Assembly: GCA_036172245.1 (NCBI GenBank)
Contig: JAYWIR010000076.1
Coordinates: 186,001-250,000 of the forward strand
DNA: 64,000 bases
Direction of reading: 5' to 3'
From: Raillietiella orientalis
Taxonomy: Eukaryota
Shown: piece by piece, positions 36,186 to 48,622 of the stretch
Position numbering within the stretch: the stretch's first letter is position 1
Layout of the letters: every line of letters starts with the position of its first letter
The notes under the pieces: model-generated
What the model was told of the DNA's origin: nothing
The model's database searches: none
The model's input: only the letters and a program-made list of their open reading frames with translations
Position numbers and translations under genes: made by a program

Positions 36186-37667
36186 AGGATGGACGTGTTT
36201 CCTCAGTAGTTCTCGTGCCAGGAATCGTCCCTAGATGTAGGCTTCGTGTGTGTCGGTGGTCGATCAGGAAGCGATGCTTGACACGACCACCAGTACGTGT
36301 CAGGAAGAGGCAGGAAAGTCGCCTCCTGAGAAGATAAAGTGCCAAGGGTCGGCGGGAACGTCGCCTGCCGAGAAGATGGAGTTCCAGGTGGTGGACGCAA
36401 ATTCGCCACCAGAAAAGATGGAGTGCCAGAAAGCGGAGGCAACGTCGCCCTCAGTTTCGACGGAGGTGAGGGCATCCGCCCCCACACAATCGGTCCACGC
36501 TGCAGCGTGGGCGTGGAGCGTCGTTGTGGCAACGCCATCGCCTGCACCCGCGGCGAAATTGTCAGCCTACTTGGAGGAGGGGTATAACCCCTTATTGCTC
36601 TACAAGGTAGGCAATCCTTATAGTTCAGAGAGTGCGCGGGCCTTTTCGAAGGGGATGCGCGCTCTCGATGTTAAGGAAGAAAAATTCATCCGCAGTGGGG
36701 GTCAGTACGTGGAGTTCATCTGCAAACAAGAAGAGATGGTTCAACGACTGATCAAAACCTCCGTGGTGATGGAAACGCGCAGGCTCCTCCCCATTACGCG
36801 GACCGCAGAATGGTGGTCCACCTATTAGGTGTAACCGCGCGGATGCGGAAAGAGCTAGTTCGCGCGGTGTTAGAACAATTTGCAACCGTCCATGCACAGT
36901 GGTCAAAGCCCAGTCCTTTTGAGGACTACACGAGGCTGAAACACGGTTTCACGGCCGAACCCATAACCCTCCGGGAGAGCTGTTCTCTTCTCCACAAACT
37001 GCTGGTCGGAGGCGAAACCGTCGACATCTGGTATGTGGAGAAGCCCAAATACTGCGGCTTCTGCAATACGTCGGGCCACCTCGAAAAAAGGTGCCCCAAC
37101 GTGCAGTGCCAGGTGTGTGGGAAGATGGGCCACACGCAAGAGGTGTGCCCAACAGCAGCTCTGCTGCTGGTTTCCAAGAGAATCCTTAAGAAACGCGCCC
37201 GGCTGCTGAAGAGAAGGCTGGCGGCCAAAGCAGCCTTGAAGGCTGTGCCACTCGCGCCAAAGGCCCAGGCCGCAAACGAGACTCCGGGTGCGGCACGGCA
37301 TGAACAACGCCGAAAAAGTCGAGGGAAACGGCCAGGAACCTGGGTGGCAGGTGGCAACAGCCAAAAAATCAAAGAAGGCGAGAGGAATAGAGAAGAAAAT
37401 CGCCTACCATCTGAAGCAGAAAGAGCAGGGTAGCGCAATAATTGAAGAGTGCATCGTAGTAGTGGAACGCGTTGCCTATGTTGACGAACGCTGCCAGAAA
37501 AAACTCGCCGCTACCGACTAACGACCCTCTGTTGACTCTGTCAACAGCGAGGGGAGCGAGCCGGCAATGTAGTCCGTCATCGAGCTGACCATCGATGATA
37601 GAGCCTTCGTGCAAGCAGCGGAGGAGCTGGCTGCCTCGTTGAAGCCAGTGCCCTCCAAGGCAAGTTG
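36186..37667 (+). mobile_element. Family G 5' end and ORF1 (G1), disrupted
   Basis: 5' GGACGTGTTT at 36191; GYNPLLLYKVGN; CGFCNTSGHLEKRC; CQVCGKMGHTQEVC. Confidence 0.85.
36298..36450 (+). repeat. 42-bp (14-aa) coding tandem repeat, ~3.6 copies, in G1 ORF1
   Basis: CQEEAGKSPPEKIK / CQGSAGTSPAEKME / FQVVDANSPPEKME / CQKAEATSP. Confidence 0.8.
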
Positions 37668-38585
37668 GAGGAAGTGTTTTTCCTTCACTCCCCAAAGAGT
37701 AGTAGGGAAGCGTTTTTCATGTGTGTAGTGTTTTGTGTACATCGTCGGTGTCCAATGGCCACGACGCCAGAGTGCACCGTGATGAAGGTAGGAGTGCAGG
37801 AGGCTAGTTCGCCCCCACAGCCTGCTGGAGCAGGGACAGCCGCTCCGGAATCATCCCCGGCCACGCCGAGGACATGGAGCGCCATGGTGACTGCGCCCAG
37901 CGGGAAGCCATGGCGGAAAAGGCCGCATACAAGGCCTCCGGATACAAGCCTTCGCTTGTGTACCAGGTAGGCAACTTGTTCGACGGCCGGACAGCGCGCG
38001 CCTTAAGTAAAGCGCTGAAAGACGCGAACGTAATGGAGAAGGATCTGGACGGCCTCTCCGTCCTCAGCGGCGGGCAGCGGGTCGAGGTGGTCTGCAAAGA
38101 CGTCACCTTGGCTCACCGCCTAATCCATGCGTATCTGAACGTAGACGGCCGCAAGATCCTGCTAGTGTCAATGGACCGCTCCGTGGTGGTCCACATGACC
38201 GGCATCACCAGCCGCAAGACGCGGTCAGCGCTTGGTGAGGAACTACGTAAGTTCGGTGTAGTGCACGCACTGTGGCCGAAACCCACCATTTTCAAAGGAT
38301 TCGATAGCCTTTTTGGTGGTCAGGCTGCAGCACGGGTCACCGTAAAGGAGAATTGTGGGCTTCCCCACAAACTACAGGTGGCACAAGAAAACGTCGAACT
38401 GCGGTATGTAGGGAAGCTCCGGTATTGCGGGCATTGTGATACCGTGGGACACCTACGTAAAAGGTGTCTTGACATACAATGCCATTTGTGCGGGGAGCGG
38501 GGCCACGTTCGGCGCGTGTGCCCCAAACGCCCCACCCCGATTCCCCCTGCCGCGAAAAAAGCTCAGGGGAAACGCGCACCAAAGG
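37668..38585 (+). mobile_element. Family E 5' end and ORF1 (E2)
   Basis: 5'UTR matches 54748 onward; GYKPSLVYQVGNLFDG; CGHCDTVGHLRKRC; CHLCGERGHVRRVC. Confidence 0.85.
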
Positions 38586-41500
38586 TCTCTAGAACTCGAC
38601 TGGCGCGGATGCCATGCCAACGAAGGGATTAAAAGCCCTTCCGAAGGCAGCGTCCATGACGAGCGTGTCGGAGCCATCCAAAGTGCTCCCGTCCAAAGAC
38701 GCGGATGGCTTCTAAGATGGCAATGGAGCACAATCTCCATTTGCGGCGCCACGCGGAGTGAGGAACCGTAATGAAGTAAACAAGACTTCAGCAAAGGTCC
38801 CTCGTGCAACTGCGCGTAAGCGCGCTGAAAACGCGCGCGCCGGGAAAGCAGCCGTCACCAAAAGCGATGCTCTGGTGACGGAAAACGAAAACAGGACAGC
38901 TGTCAATCCAGCAGAACCTGTCACTGCTTCGCGGAAGGCCGAAACCCGATCGAACAAGCGCCGGTCGGACTCCGAAATGGATGCCGTTCCGATCACCAAG
39001 ACGAGGACAACTCGTTCAAAAGCGTGTGCGCGCCGATCAAAAGTAGGCAGCCAGGCAACGCTCGCCGCGAAGCAACGCGAAGTCTCCACGAAACCCGACG
39101 GGGTTCAGCCTGGCGTGGAGGCATTACATGCATGCAGCACGGCAGAGGACGGTGGCGACCGTCCCCTTCAGCCAGTCGTGCTGCTCGCCGTCCGCTCGCC
39201 GGATAAAGCGAGCAAAAAGCCGTCGCCTTCCCAGCAGTGATGCGGGGAATCGCGTCTTCTCGTCGTCTGTCCGTAACGTGTTAAAACGTTAACGGGCTAC
39301 AGAACGACGAGAAGAGGCGATTAGTAGCCAACGCCCTGCGCCCCTTCGACCTCGCGCTCCTGCAGGAGATTCACGTAATCTCCGACGAGCCGACAGCCGA
39401 AATCGAGAAGCGAGCAGACGGAACGCTACATTGGCGATGCGACGGCGCACACACGTGCAACGTTGCGTTCCTCGTAAGAGGAAAAATGGCGGAAGCGGTG
39501 CGTAGTGTTCGTTTCGACGACGACGGACGGGTAGGCCAGCTTGTCATCCAGTGGTCCGAGTCTATCGATCTCGTTGTTGCGAACGTCTACACGCCGAGTG
39601 GCTCTCGCTACATCGAAGCAAGAGTAGCTTTTTTTGGTGAGGTGCAGAGCCACTGGCTCAACAACTCCGGCTTCCAAGTGGCGCACCCCGTCGCTGGGGA
39701 CTTCAACGTCCGCCTGCTCTCCGACGATTGGAGCCGCCCGAGGGAGCGCGCGCTGCCCATCAAGATGTGCGCGTGCGAGCACGCCGCCAACTCAATGGTC
39801 AGCAATCCTGGAATGGAAAGATCGCTCGATCACGTTTTCCTCGATGAAAACCTGCATTCGCGTGTGGTTAGGAGAGGAAGATTGTTGACTAGGCTTTCTG
39901 ACCACCACAGGTTGGAGTTTGAGATCCTTCCGCAAGGCAGGGATCCGCTTGCTAAACTAGAGGATGCAGGCGGATTGGCTTAGCCAACCGGAGGCTGCGG
40001 AGCATCTACGTGGATACCTCCGAGGCTTTGCCATTCAAGAATTAGCGGACTAGGACGATCTCAAAAGATCTGTCCGCGAGTTCTGCTGCCAATTCCCCCT
40101 GCACCGGCTTCCACGCGGATTCGGAGAGAGCGTGGCCAACAGTAGAGAATTTCTGCAGGCCCGCACGTTTTCGAGACGCGCGGATGTCGGGCGTCTCGCA
40201 GAGTACAAGGCAAGGGCCGAGCGCCAGGTCTGGCAGTCCGGAGCAGCATGCCTGTTGGACGACAAGGGCCAGGAATGTTCGGAACCAGCCGTAATACGCC
40301 GCATTGTGAGACGCTACTACTCCTCTCTGTACGCGGAGTCCCCGACGGAGGATATTCTCTTTAAGATATTCCTGTCTCAAGATGCTCGTGTTGTCGGCGA
40401 GGAGAAACGCGAACGTCTCAACGAGCCCATCACGGCGGATGAATTTTCGTCCGCCATCGCTGGGCTGAAGAGACGAAAGGCGCCAGGCGAGGATGGGCTC
40501 CCTGCAGAGTTTTATCAGTGCTTTGCAGTGGAGCTCATTCCCTTGTTGCTGAAACTCGCGACGCTGATGAGTGAATCCGGGAATGTCCCGGATTCCTTCC
40601 GCTCAGCGAAGGTGCGTCTCCTGCCGAAAGGCGGAGACTTGCGCCAACTTAACAACTGGCTCCGATCACCTTGGTGAACACGGACGTCAAGTTGTTTTCC
40701 AAGCTGTGGGTAGCGTGGTTAGGAAGTATCGCGGAATCTGTGGTGAGCCCGGAACAATCCTACGCGGTTCCGGGAAGATCCATTTAGGCGAACATCCTTT
40801 TCGCGCGTACATGGATGCAGCTGCAGGAAGTTGTAAAGCAGCAAAGCCAGGCTGTTGCAAAAGTCACTGCCGCAGGCAAGAAGAACAGGCGCCGACGGCA
40901 GGAGGGAACGCCAGGTGCCTTGTCTGTCGCGGTCGATCTGCAGAAGGCGTTCGACTGCGTAAACCAGAAGCTGCTTTTGGAGCATATGGAACGCCTTGGA
41001 TTTTGGCGCAACTCCTGCTGTATTTGCGCGCGTGCTGGCGCCACACGCTAACCTGCATCACTTTCAGCGGCTGCCGTGTGTACGGTATTTCCGTGCGTAG
41101 GGGCATCCGACAGGGCGACAGGTTAAGCCCGTCGCTCTTCAGCATCTTCTTTGAGTTGGTGCTTAGAGCATACAGGCTGACGCTGTCTTACTTGCCGAGC
41201 TCCTGCCCGGGAACGCCTGCCGTGGCCGCCTACGCTGATGACCTGCTTCTTCCGCTCCCCATGTCCACCCCGGCGTCCAGTGTCGAGGATTTCTTCGACC
41301 TGATTCGTCGGGGAGCGAGCGTGAGTGTGAACAGAGAGAAGAGCGTGGTCGTTCGTGTGGGTACGTCGTGGGAGGGACAGTCCAACTGGATCCGCCTGGG
41401 GATCCCCACTGGCGGGTACTTTAAGTACCTTGGAGTTCCGTTGGGCGCTTTCGGCGCAGCCAAAGCGTGGGCGGACTGTCTTCAGAAAGCAGAGTTGGCC

Positions 41501-43142
41501 ATCAGCCCGTTCTTTAACGGCAAGTTAACCTTGGAGTAACGGGCGACTATTTGGAACACCTTTGTGGCCCCCCTCCTCCGTCCCCTGTTTTTTAATTCGG
41601 ACCCCCCCTATGAGGCGAAACAGCGGGCTAAGCGCCTGCTTAGGAACGCTCTCTGGGGTCCGGCGAGATCCAGGATCCACCTTAAAGATTTGTTAGCTCC
41701 GCGTCGGGATGCTGGTTTGGGTATCCTGACAATGGAGCGAATCGGACTGCAGGTGCAGTTCCGACTGCTGGCACTGTGTGCCCAGCTATGGACATGCCCC
41801 CTGTGTGTGCCAGCGCGCATTCTCCTGCGGAGATGCGCCGGCAGCGGAGGATTTCTCTCGCTTTTGCCGGGCACTCAATACAGGAAGCGGGGTTTCGGGT
41901 TTCCATTGCGGCAGTTGACCGCACTTCTGGAAGCACACTCGTGGATCTCCTGCCGCCCAATGAACTTTGAAGCTTGCGGCAGGAGTCTGTTGAATCCTGG
42001 GCAGCGTTCAATGGGCTGCGTCCTGGAGATCTTCGCTCACTGCGCCATCTTCTTCCGCGATCTTTGGAAGATGTACTGCAGGACGAGGTGAAGTTTTCTA
42101 CCCTGGCTGCCACGCCTCTTGCCGCAGCGCTGTCTGCCTTCAGTGCAAGGACCCACAGTTGCTAACCGGCGAGGTAAGAGGTTTTCTGCACGATAGCGGG
42201 AAAAACCAAACTCCTTGGCGCCTGGAAGACGAGTGAGTTGTCGGACGCCGCCACTCCTCGTGTTACTGCAAAGGGATTCCTCCGGTGGGCAGAAGAGCTT
42301 GCTGTCACCCCCTAAGAACTTATAGTTCCTTCACAGTGTGTTGACAGTTTGCTGCTCTCCCTTGCTTGTAAGAAAGCCGTGCTGCTTTTCGTCCACTGAG
42401 GTTTTCAGTGTAACGAGCGTTGACATCGAGACTCTGGGAGACTTGCATATGCCAACTGCGTTTGGTGCGGGTCGACGGAGTCGATCCCGTACCTACTTCT
42501 GGACTGCGTTGTCCTACAAGGACTGTAGCGTTGGCTGAGAACAGCACTAATGCATCCCGTGGACACCGCAAGAGACTTGCTGCGACGATTCTCCACGCCG
42601 AGCGGGCTGTCACTAAGCGCAAGGATTGCAACCATCGGTTGCATACGCGCGATAGTTTCCTACCGCCAGGCGTTAGTAATCAACGGACAGCACCAAGAGG
42701 TAATCAGCAAAGCATCCTTCTACATGGGAGCATCCGCTAGATGGCCTCATTTGACAGAGGAGACAAAAAGGAATCTCGCCGCAATACACCGCCGGTTTAC
42801 ACACCCTCAGCAGCGGCCAACCCGGTGATCATTGCCCTACCCTCCATAAACTAATTTTGTATTTTCTTTTTACACCCGCGTCCCCATAGGCTCCGGAACA
42901 TTTTAGGTGCTCATCGTTTAAATCCCCGTGAGTACGGAGTCTAACCGAAAACCCGTTACCCTTCCCTCCAGTTTTTGATTTTTGTTTGTTTCCCCTCATT
43001 CCTCCCACGCTGCGAGCGGTTTGTTTACCAAGCCTGCGTGCCGGTAAGTTTTCCATGTTCCCTGTAGTTCTGTTCGTTATGTAAATTGTCCCTGACCAGT
43101 TGATTATTATTAATAAACGCCCCGGCGTGACCGGGTGATAAA
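38586..43142 (+). mobile_element. Element F1 (D-related): ORF1 tail plus complete but disrupted ORF2 (39240-42828) and 3' end
   Basis: The ORF1 tail GGDRPLQPVVLL matches D1; TGATG at 39238; GDFN, SDHH, YADD; 3' hairpin at 43112-43136. Left boundary approximate. Confidence 0.85.
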
Positions 43143-43320
43143 CTTCAATCTCCGCCTACTGGCAGGTGCGCCAGAAACACAATAGAACGCGATGAACGAG
43201 TTGTGCGCCGCCATGCGTGCGCCAAACTTGTTCGCGGGTAAGAGAGGATTGGTTCGAGCATCGATCGCGTCTTCTTCGACGCTGACATGTGTTCACATGT
43301 CGGCAAACGGCGGAGGGTTG
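43143..43320 (+). pseudogene. Host endonuclease fragment resuming at (D)FN after F1
   Basis: FNLRLL...NELCAAMRAPNLFAG...IDRVFFD. Confidence 0.75.
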
Positions 43321-43344
43321 CGTCGAGGTTGTGGGACCATTCTT

Positions 43345-46300
43345 GGTGCCTATGTAGAAAAGGGGTATAACCCATTGCTATTCTACAAGGTAGGAAATTT
43401 GTATTCTTCTGAGAGTGCGCGCGCATTTTCGAAGGGGATGCGCGCTCCCGATGTTAAAGAGGAGGAGCTCTGCGCTATGACCATTCGTAGCGGGGGGCAG
43501 TACGTAGAGGTGATCTGCAAACATGCAGATCTGGCCCAACGTCTGCTTAAAACCCCCGTGGTAATGGAGACACGCTGGCTCCTTCCCGTTACGGCGGACC
43601 ACAGTATGGTAGTCCACCTTTTAGGAGTTACCGCGCGAATGCGGAAAGAACAGTTACGCGCCGCGTTGGGAAAAGAAGGCACGGTCCATGTAATATGGAC
43701 CAAGCCTAGTCCTTTCGAGGAGTATACCACAGTTCAGTGCGGACTCACGGCTGCCCGTGTAACCGTTCGGGAGGGCTCTACCCTTCCCCACAAACTGGTG
43801 GTTGGCGGAGATAGCGTCGACCTCTGGTACGTGGGGAAGCCCAAATACTGTGGCTTCTGCAACACGTCAGGACACCTGAAAAGGAGGTGCCCCAGCGTAT
43901 AGTGCCTGGTATGCGGGACAATGGGTCACACGAGGGAAGTGTGTCCACAAACCGCTGTGCGCGTCGTTTCCGCGAGGAACCTAAAAAAACGCGCGCGGCT
44001 GCTACAGAAAAGGCTGGCAACGAAGGCTGCCGCTGAAGCTGTGCCACCCACTCCCGTGGTCCAGGCGTCAGCCGACACCCCGGCAACGAATGCCGAAAAG
44101 ATCAACAAAAGCGATCAGGTGTCGTAATGGCAAGAAGCCAAAGCAAAAAAGGAAAAAAAGTCGAAGAAAGAAAGACGAATTAAAAAAAAGCTCGCCTATT
44201 AAAATAAGAAACAGCAGCTTAGCGAGAATTTAAAAGAATGCAGCGTCGTCGTGGAACGCATTCCCGCCGAACGCCGCAAGCTAGAAATCGCTGCAACCGA
44301 CGAGCAACCCACTGTTGAAAATGTCAACAGCGTGAGGAGCGAACCGGCGGAAACGTCCGTCATCGAGACCGTGATCGATGACGCCGCCTTCGAGCGTGCG
44401 GCTGAGGAGCTGGCTGCATCGTTGCAGCCAGACCCCTCCAAGGCTGGCAAAAAGGCAGTGAGGCGTCCGGCCTCCACCGAGGAGTCGGTAACTTCCGACC
44501 CCGATGCGCAGGCCGGAAACCAAGTCTCCATCTCCGCGGCACCCCGCCGGAAGGCTGGAAGGAAGTCCAGCAAACCCCGGAAAGCCCCTCTCCAGGTCGG
44601 AGGCGTGAAGATGACTTCCGACTGCGAGGGTGCCATGAGCGTGGGAGAATCCCTGGAATCGTCACCCGAGAGACCACCACGAACAGACACGGAGGAGATG
44701 GAGGGGGTTGAAGCCGGAAAGGTACCCAAGGTGCCTGAGGAGGCTGAAACCCTAATGGTCATTTCACCCGCCTCGGAAGAGGCGGGTTCCCCCACACCGT
44801 CATCTTGACGGCAGTAATGCTTGGAATCTCCTCCCGCCGTCGTCTGCGCATCGCTGTTTGGAACGTAAACGGGATGACAGACGCCGGCTGGAGACAAGAC
44901 ATGGCCGCCCTTCTTGAGTCCTACGACCTTGCGCTGCTGCAGGAGATCCACGTGATCTCTGCAAAACAAGCGCAGGAGATCGAACGCATCTACGGAGGGC
45001 GGCTGTGGTATCGGTGTGGAACATCGAGAAGTTGTGGTGTCGCCTACCTGCTTCGGCCCGCCGTCGAGACCGCCGCCCGTGGATTTCGGTTCGACGATCA
45101 CGGTCGTGTCGGCCAGCTGACTCTCAGCTGGTCCGACTCGATCGACCTGATCGTTACGAACGTTTACGCCTTGAGCGGAGCGGACCTCACGAACAGGAGG
45201 GCCAGGAAAGAATTTCTCCTCGCCCTTTATCGCGACTGGTTGACCAAGGCAGGCGTGCAGAATGCCCATCTGGTTGCAGGCGATTTTAACGTTCGTCTAA
45301 CACCGGATGGGCCGAATCACGAGCGTGACCTGGTCAACGAGGTGTGCGAGGAGGTGCACACTTGTAATTTGTTGGCCAGTGTACCAGGGATGGAGGACAA
45401 CATCGATCACGTGTTCCTTGACGAGCACCTGTGCACTCGTGTGGGCAGGCGCTGCAAGTTACCGTGCGAGTTGTCCGACCATCGACCAATCGTGATTGAA
45501 ATCCATCCGCGCGACAGGGGCCCCCCCTTGTCAGCGTGGCGTTTTCCAGGGGACTGGCTGAAGCTCCTGGACGCGACGGAACATCTCCGCACGTTTATAC
45601 GGAGCTTTAGGATGCAGACACTTCAGGATTGGGACCGCTTCAAACGGTCGGTCCAGGAGTTCTGCGACCAGTTCCCTCTGCACCGCCTACCTGCGGGATT
45701 TGGGGACGGAGTACGTAACGAACCAGCCTATCTGCAGGCTCGCCGTTACGCCAGGACCCCCGACATCCGCAGGCTGGCGGAATACAAAGCGGGAGCGGAG
45801 ACGCAAGCCTGGCAGTCAGGATCGGCCAGCTTGCTGGACGATCAGGGCCAGGAGCTTTCGGCACCCGCTCAGATCCGCGGTCTGCTGCGGCTTTTTTACT
45901 TCTCCCTGTACGCAAGAACGGCTCCCGAGCGGGATTTCTCACGAATCCTGCTTCTAAAAGGCGCTCCTGCGATCGGGGAAGAAAAGAGAAAGTACCTCGA
46001 CGAGACTTTCACGATGGGCGCGATCATCTCGGCCATTGGGAAGCTCAAGAGGCGAAAGGCACCAGGGGAGGACGGCCTGTCCGCGGAGTTTTATCAATCT
46101 TTCGCATCTGAGCTAACCCCCCTGGTACATCAACTCACCTTGCTGATACGCGAGACAGGTCACGTTCCCGCCTCGTTTCGTTCGGCAAAGGTACAGCTTC
46201 CTTCTAAGGGAGGAGATCTGAGGAGCATGAACAACTGTCGTCCCATCACAATAGTGAATGCGGATGCCAAGTTGATAGCTAAGGTTTCGGTTGAGCGCTT

Positions 46301-48622
46301 GGGACGGGTTGCAAACGCCTTCATCAGCCCGGAACAGACGTATGCTCTTCCGGGGCGAAGCATGGAGGCGAACCTGTTCCACGCTTCCACCTGGCTAGAG
46401 CTCCAACACGAAAGGGGCTTGATGCGCATTGGGAATTCCGGTAAGATCGTCAGTCATGCGACGGATGGTCGGATGAAGGAGGGAGCACTTGCGGTCGCTG
46501 TCGACTTGCGTAAAGCATTCGAAAGCGTCGACCAGAATCTCCTGCTGGAGCTTTTGGAACGCTTGGGCTTCCCGGCTTCATTATTGGACTATCTGCGCTC
46601 TAGCTGGCGCGATTCGCAAATCAATGTAACTTTCAGCGGGCATACTGTTCACGGCGTGCCGGTGCGACGTGGCATCCGGCAAGGAGACAGCCTGAGCCCC
46701 TTCCTCTTCAGTACGTACTTTGAGTTGGTACTGAGAGCGTACAGGGAGACTCTGGCGCACCTGCCGCATGAATGCGTCGGAACGCCTGTGGTTTCAGCAT
46801 ATGCGGACGACCTCCTGCTACTGCTCCCGATGTCCGCCCTGGCTTCGGCGGTCGAGAAGTTCTTCGACCTGCTGAATCGAGGAACCGGGCTTACGGTGAA
46901 CTGCGCGAAGTCGACTGTGATGCCAGCTGGAGCGACGTGGACAGGGCAGCAGGACTGGGTCCGTCTGGGGATCCCCACGGTGAGGTGCATCAAGTACATC
47001 GGAGTGCCGTTGTGGGACTACTCTCCTGCCGAAGCGTAGTCCAGCTGCCTCCAACAAGTCGAGACGGCGATCAGCTTGTTCCTGGAAGGCAAGTTTCACT
47101 TGCCGGTACGGGCCGCGGTTTGGAACGCCTTCGCGGCCATCATCCGCCGCCCCTTGCTTTTTGTTTGCCCCGCCCCCGTGGAATGAAATAAGCGAACGAA
47201 GGACCTCTTCCGCATAGCTCTTTGGGGCAAGGGGAGGGCCCGAATCCCTTTGAAGGACTTCTGCTCTCCGCGTCGGGAAGGCGTTCTCAGCATCCTGAAG
47301 CTGGAGCGCGTGGAAATCCAACTGCGATGGCGGACCCTCGTTATCGCAGCGAAGATGTGGAGCACCGCTTGGTGCATTCCGGCCCGCCTCCTGGCCAGGC
47401 GTGTGTCCCGCTGCGAAGGACTCGCATCGTTTCTTCTGTGCTTTGGCCGGATGATTCGAAGATGCGGTCTACTGCTCGGCCGAATGGCAACCCTGGCAAA
47501 GGAGAACTACTGGATGGTTTGTGGCCCTGCTAACTCCTCCGCTTGGCTGGAAGAGACTGCTGGCACCTAGGCCAAGCAGAACCAGAAGGGCGAAGACCGG
47601 ATGAAGTGCCTGCGAGTCGGCTTTTACGCCCGCCGAACTCTCCGTGAAATTCTTGAATTTCCACCGAGTTGCACGTGGGCGGAAGGCACACTCCTTGTTA
47701 CGGCGATGCCCTTCCTCCAAAGGGCGCTTCACGAAAGCCGGAAGCCAAGGTGGCAAGTCTGCTGCCGTATCGCAGTCAGAGAGAAGATGATGAGCGGCTG
47801 GACCATGGGAGAGTTGACAGATGCAACGACCCCTAGTCTCCATCCGCGTGGATTAAGAAGATGGGGCGAGCTGCTCGGCATTCGATTGGATGACCTGAAG
47901 TGGCCCCCGGTTCTACTTGGATCCAGGATTCTTCATCTGAAGTGGCAAGAATCGGCGCTTCTGTGGCTGCATTGGGGTCTACCCTTCAACGCGCGCCGCT
48001 TCCACTGGACGCGGGGAAGATTAAATCCTGCGTGTGCCAGGTGTGGGGAGCGGTAGTCGCTCCTCCACCTCTTAGTTGCATGCCCTGCCGTCCAGATTCT
48101 TTGGAATCGTCTTAAAACGGCCCTACGGATACGGGATGGTGGCAATGTTGGATGTGTCTTCAGTCTTGTCTTCGTGCGGGACGCCCTCAGTCCAGCCGCA
48201 GCCCTGGCAGCACTTTGCTGCATTCGTTGTATCGTGGCGGCCTGGAGTGATGCCGAAGATGAAGTCTGCATCGTGAGGGACGTCATCGAGTATGCTTTAC
48301 GCTTCCTGCAGAGAGCTACCCGATGGCCCCATCTAGGAAAACTGAAAATGGAACTAGAAGGCATCCTGCAAAGGATGGGCGCTCCCAGCGGTTTTAAGTG
48401 ATTCCTTCCCGGCCCTCCAAACTTTTTTTTGTGGTTTGTTTTTTTTTTTTATTTTACTTTTGTTTTCTCCCCCATCCCCCTCCACTGCCTAGTAGAGCCA
48501 CACCGGGCTGCGTCCCGGTGTCCCGGCAGTTCCGGTATTGCGTGGCCGTCAGTGGGGCCTTGTACCACGTTCTGTATTGACCGTCGAAATGTTTTTAATA
48601 AACGTCCCGGAGTATCCGGGTG
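43345..48622 (+). mobile_element. Element G2: 5'-truncated ORF1, ORF2 at 44817-48399 (first ~740 codons open), 3' hairpin
   Basis: VWNVNGM, LQEIH, AGDFNV, SDHR, GIRQGDSLSP, YADD, CARCGE; AATAAACGTCCCGGAGTATCCGGG at 48597-48620. Confidence 0.9.

Noticed and set aside
36170..36195. TSD pairing the G1 5' end with the G2 3' end
   Set aside because: The left flank maps to the RKAFD region and the right flank to GFG of the host. No duplication is visible, and intervening host sequence is missing.
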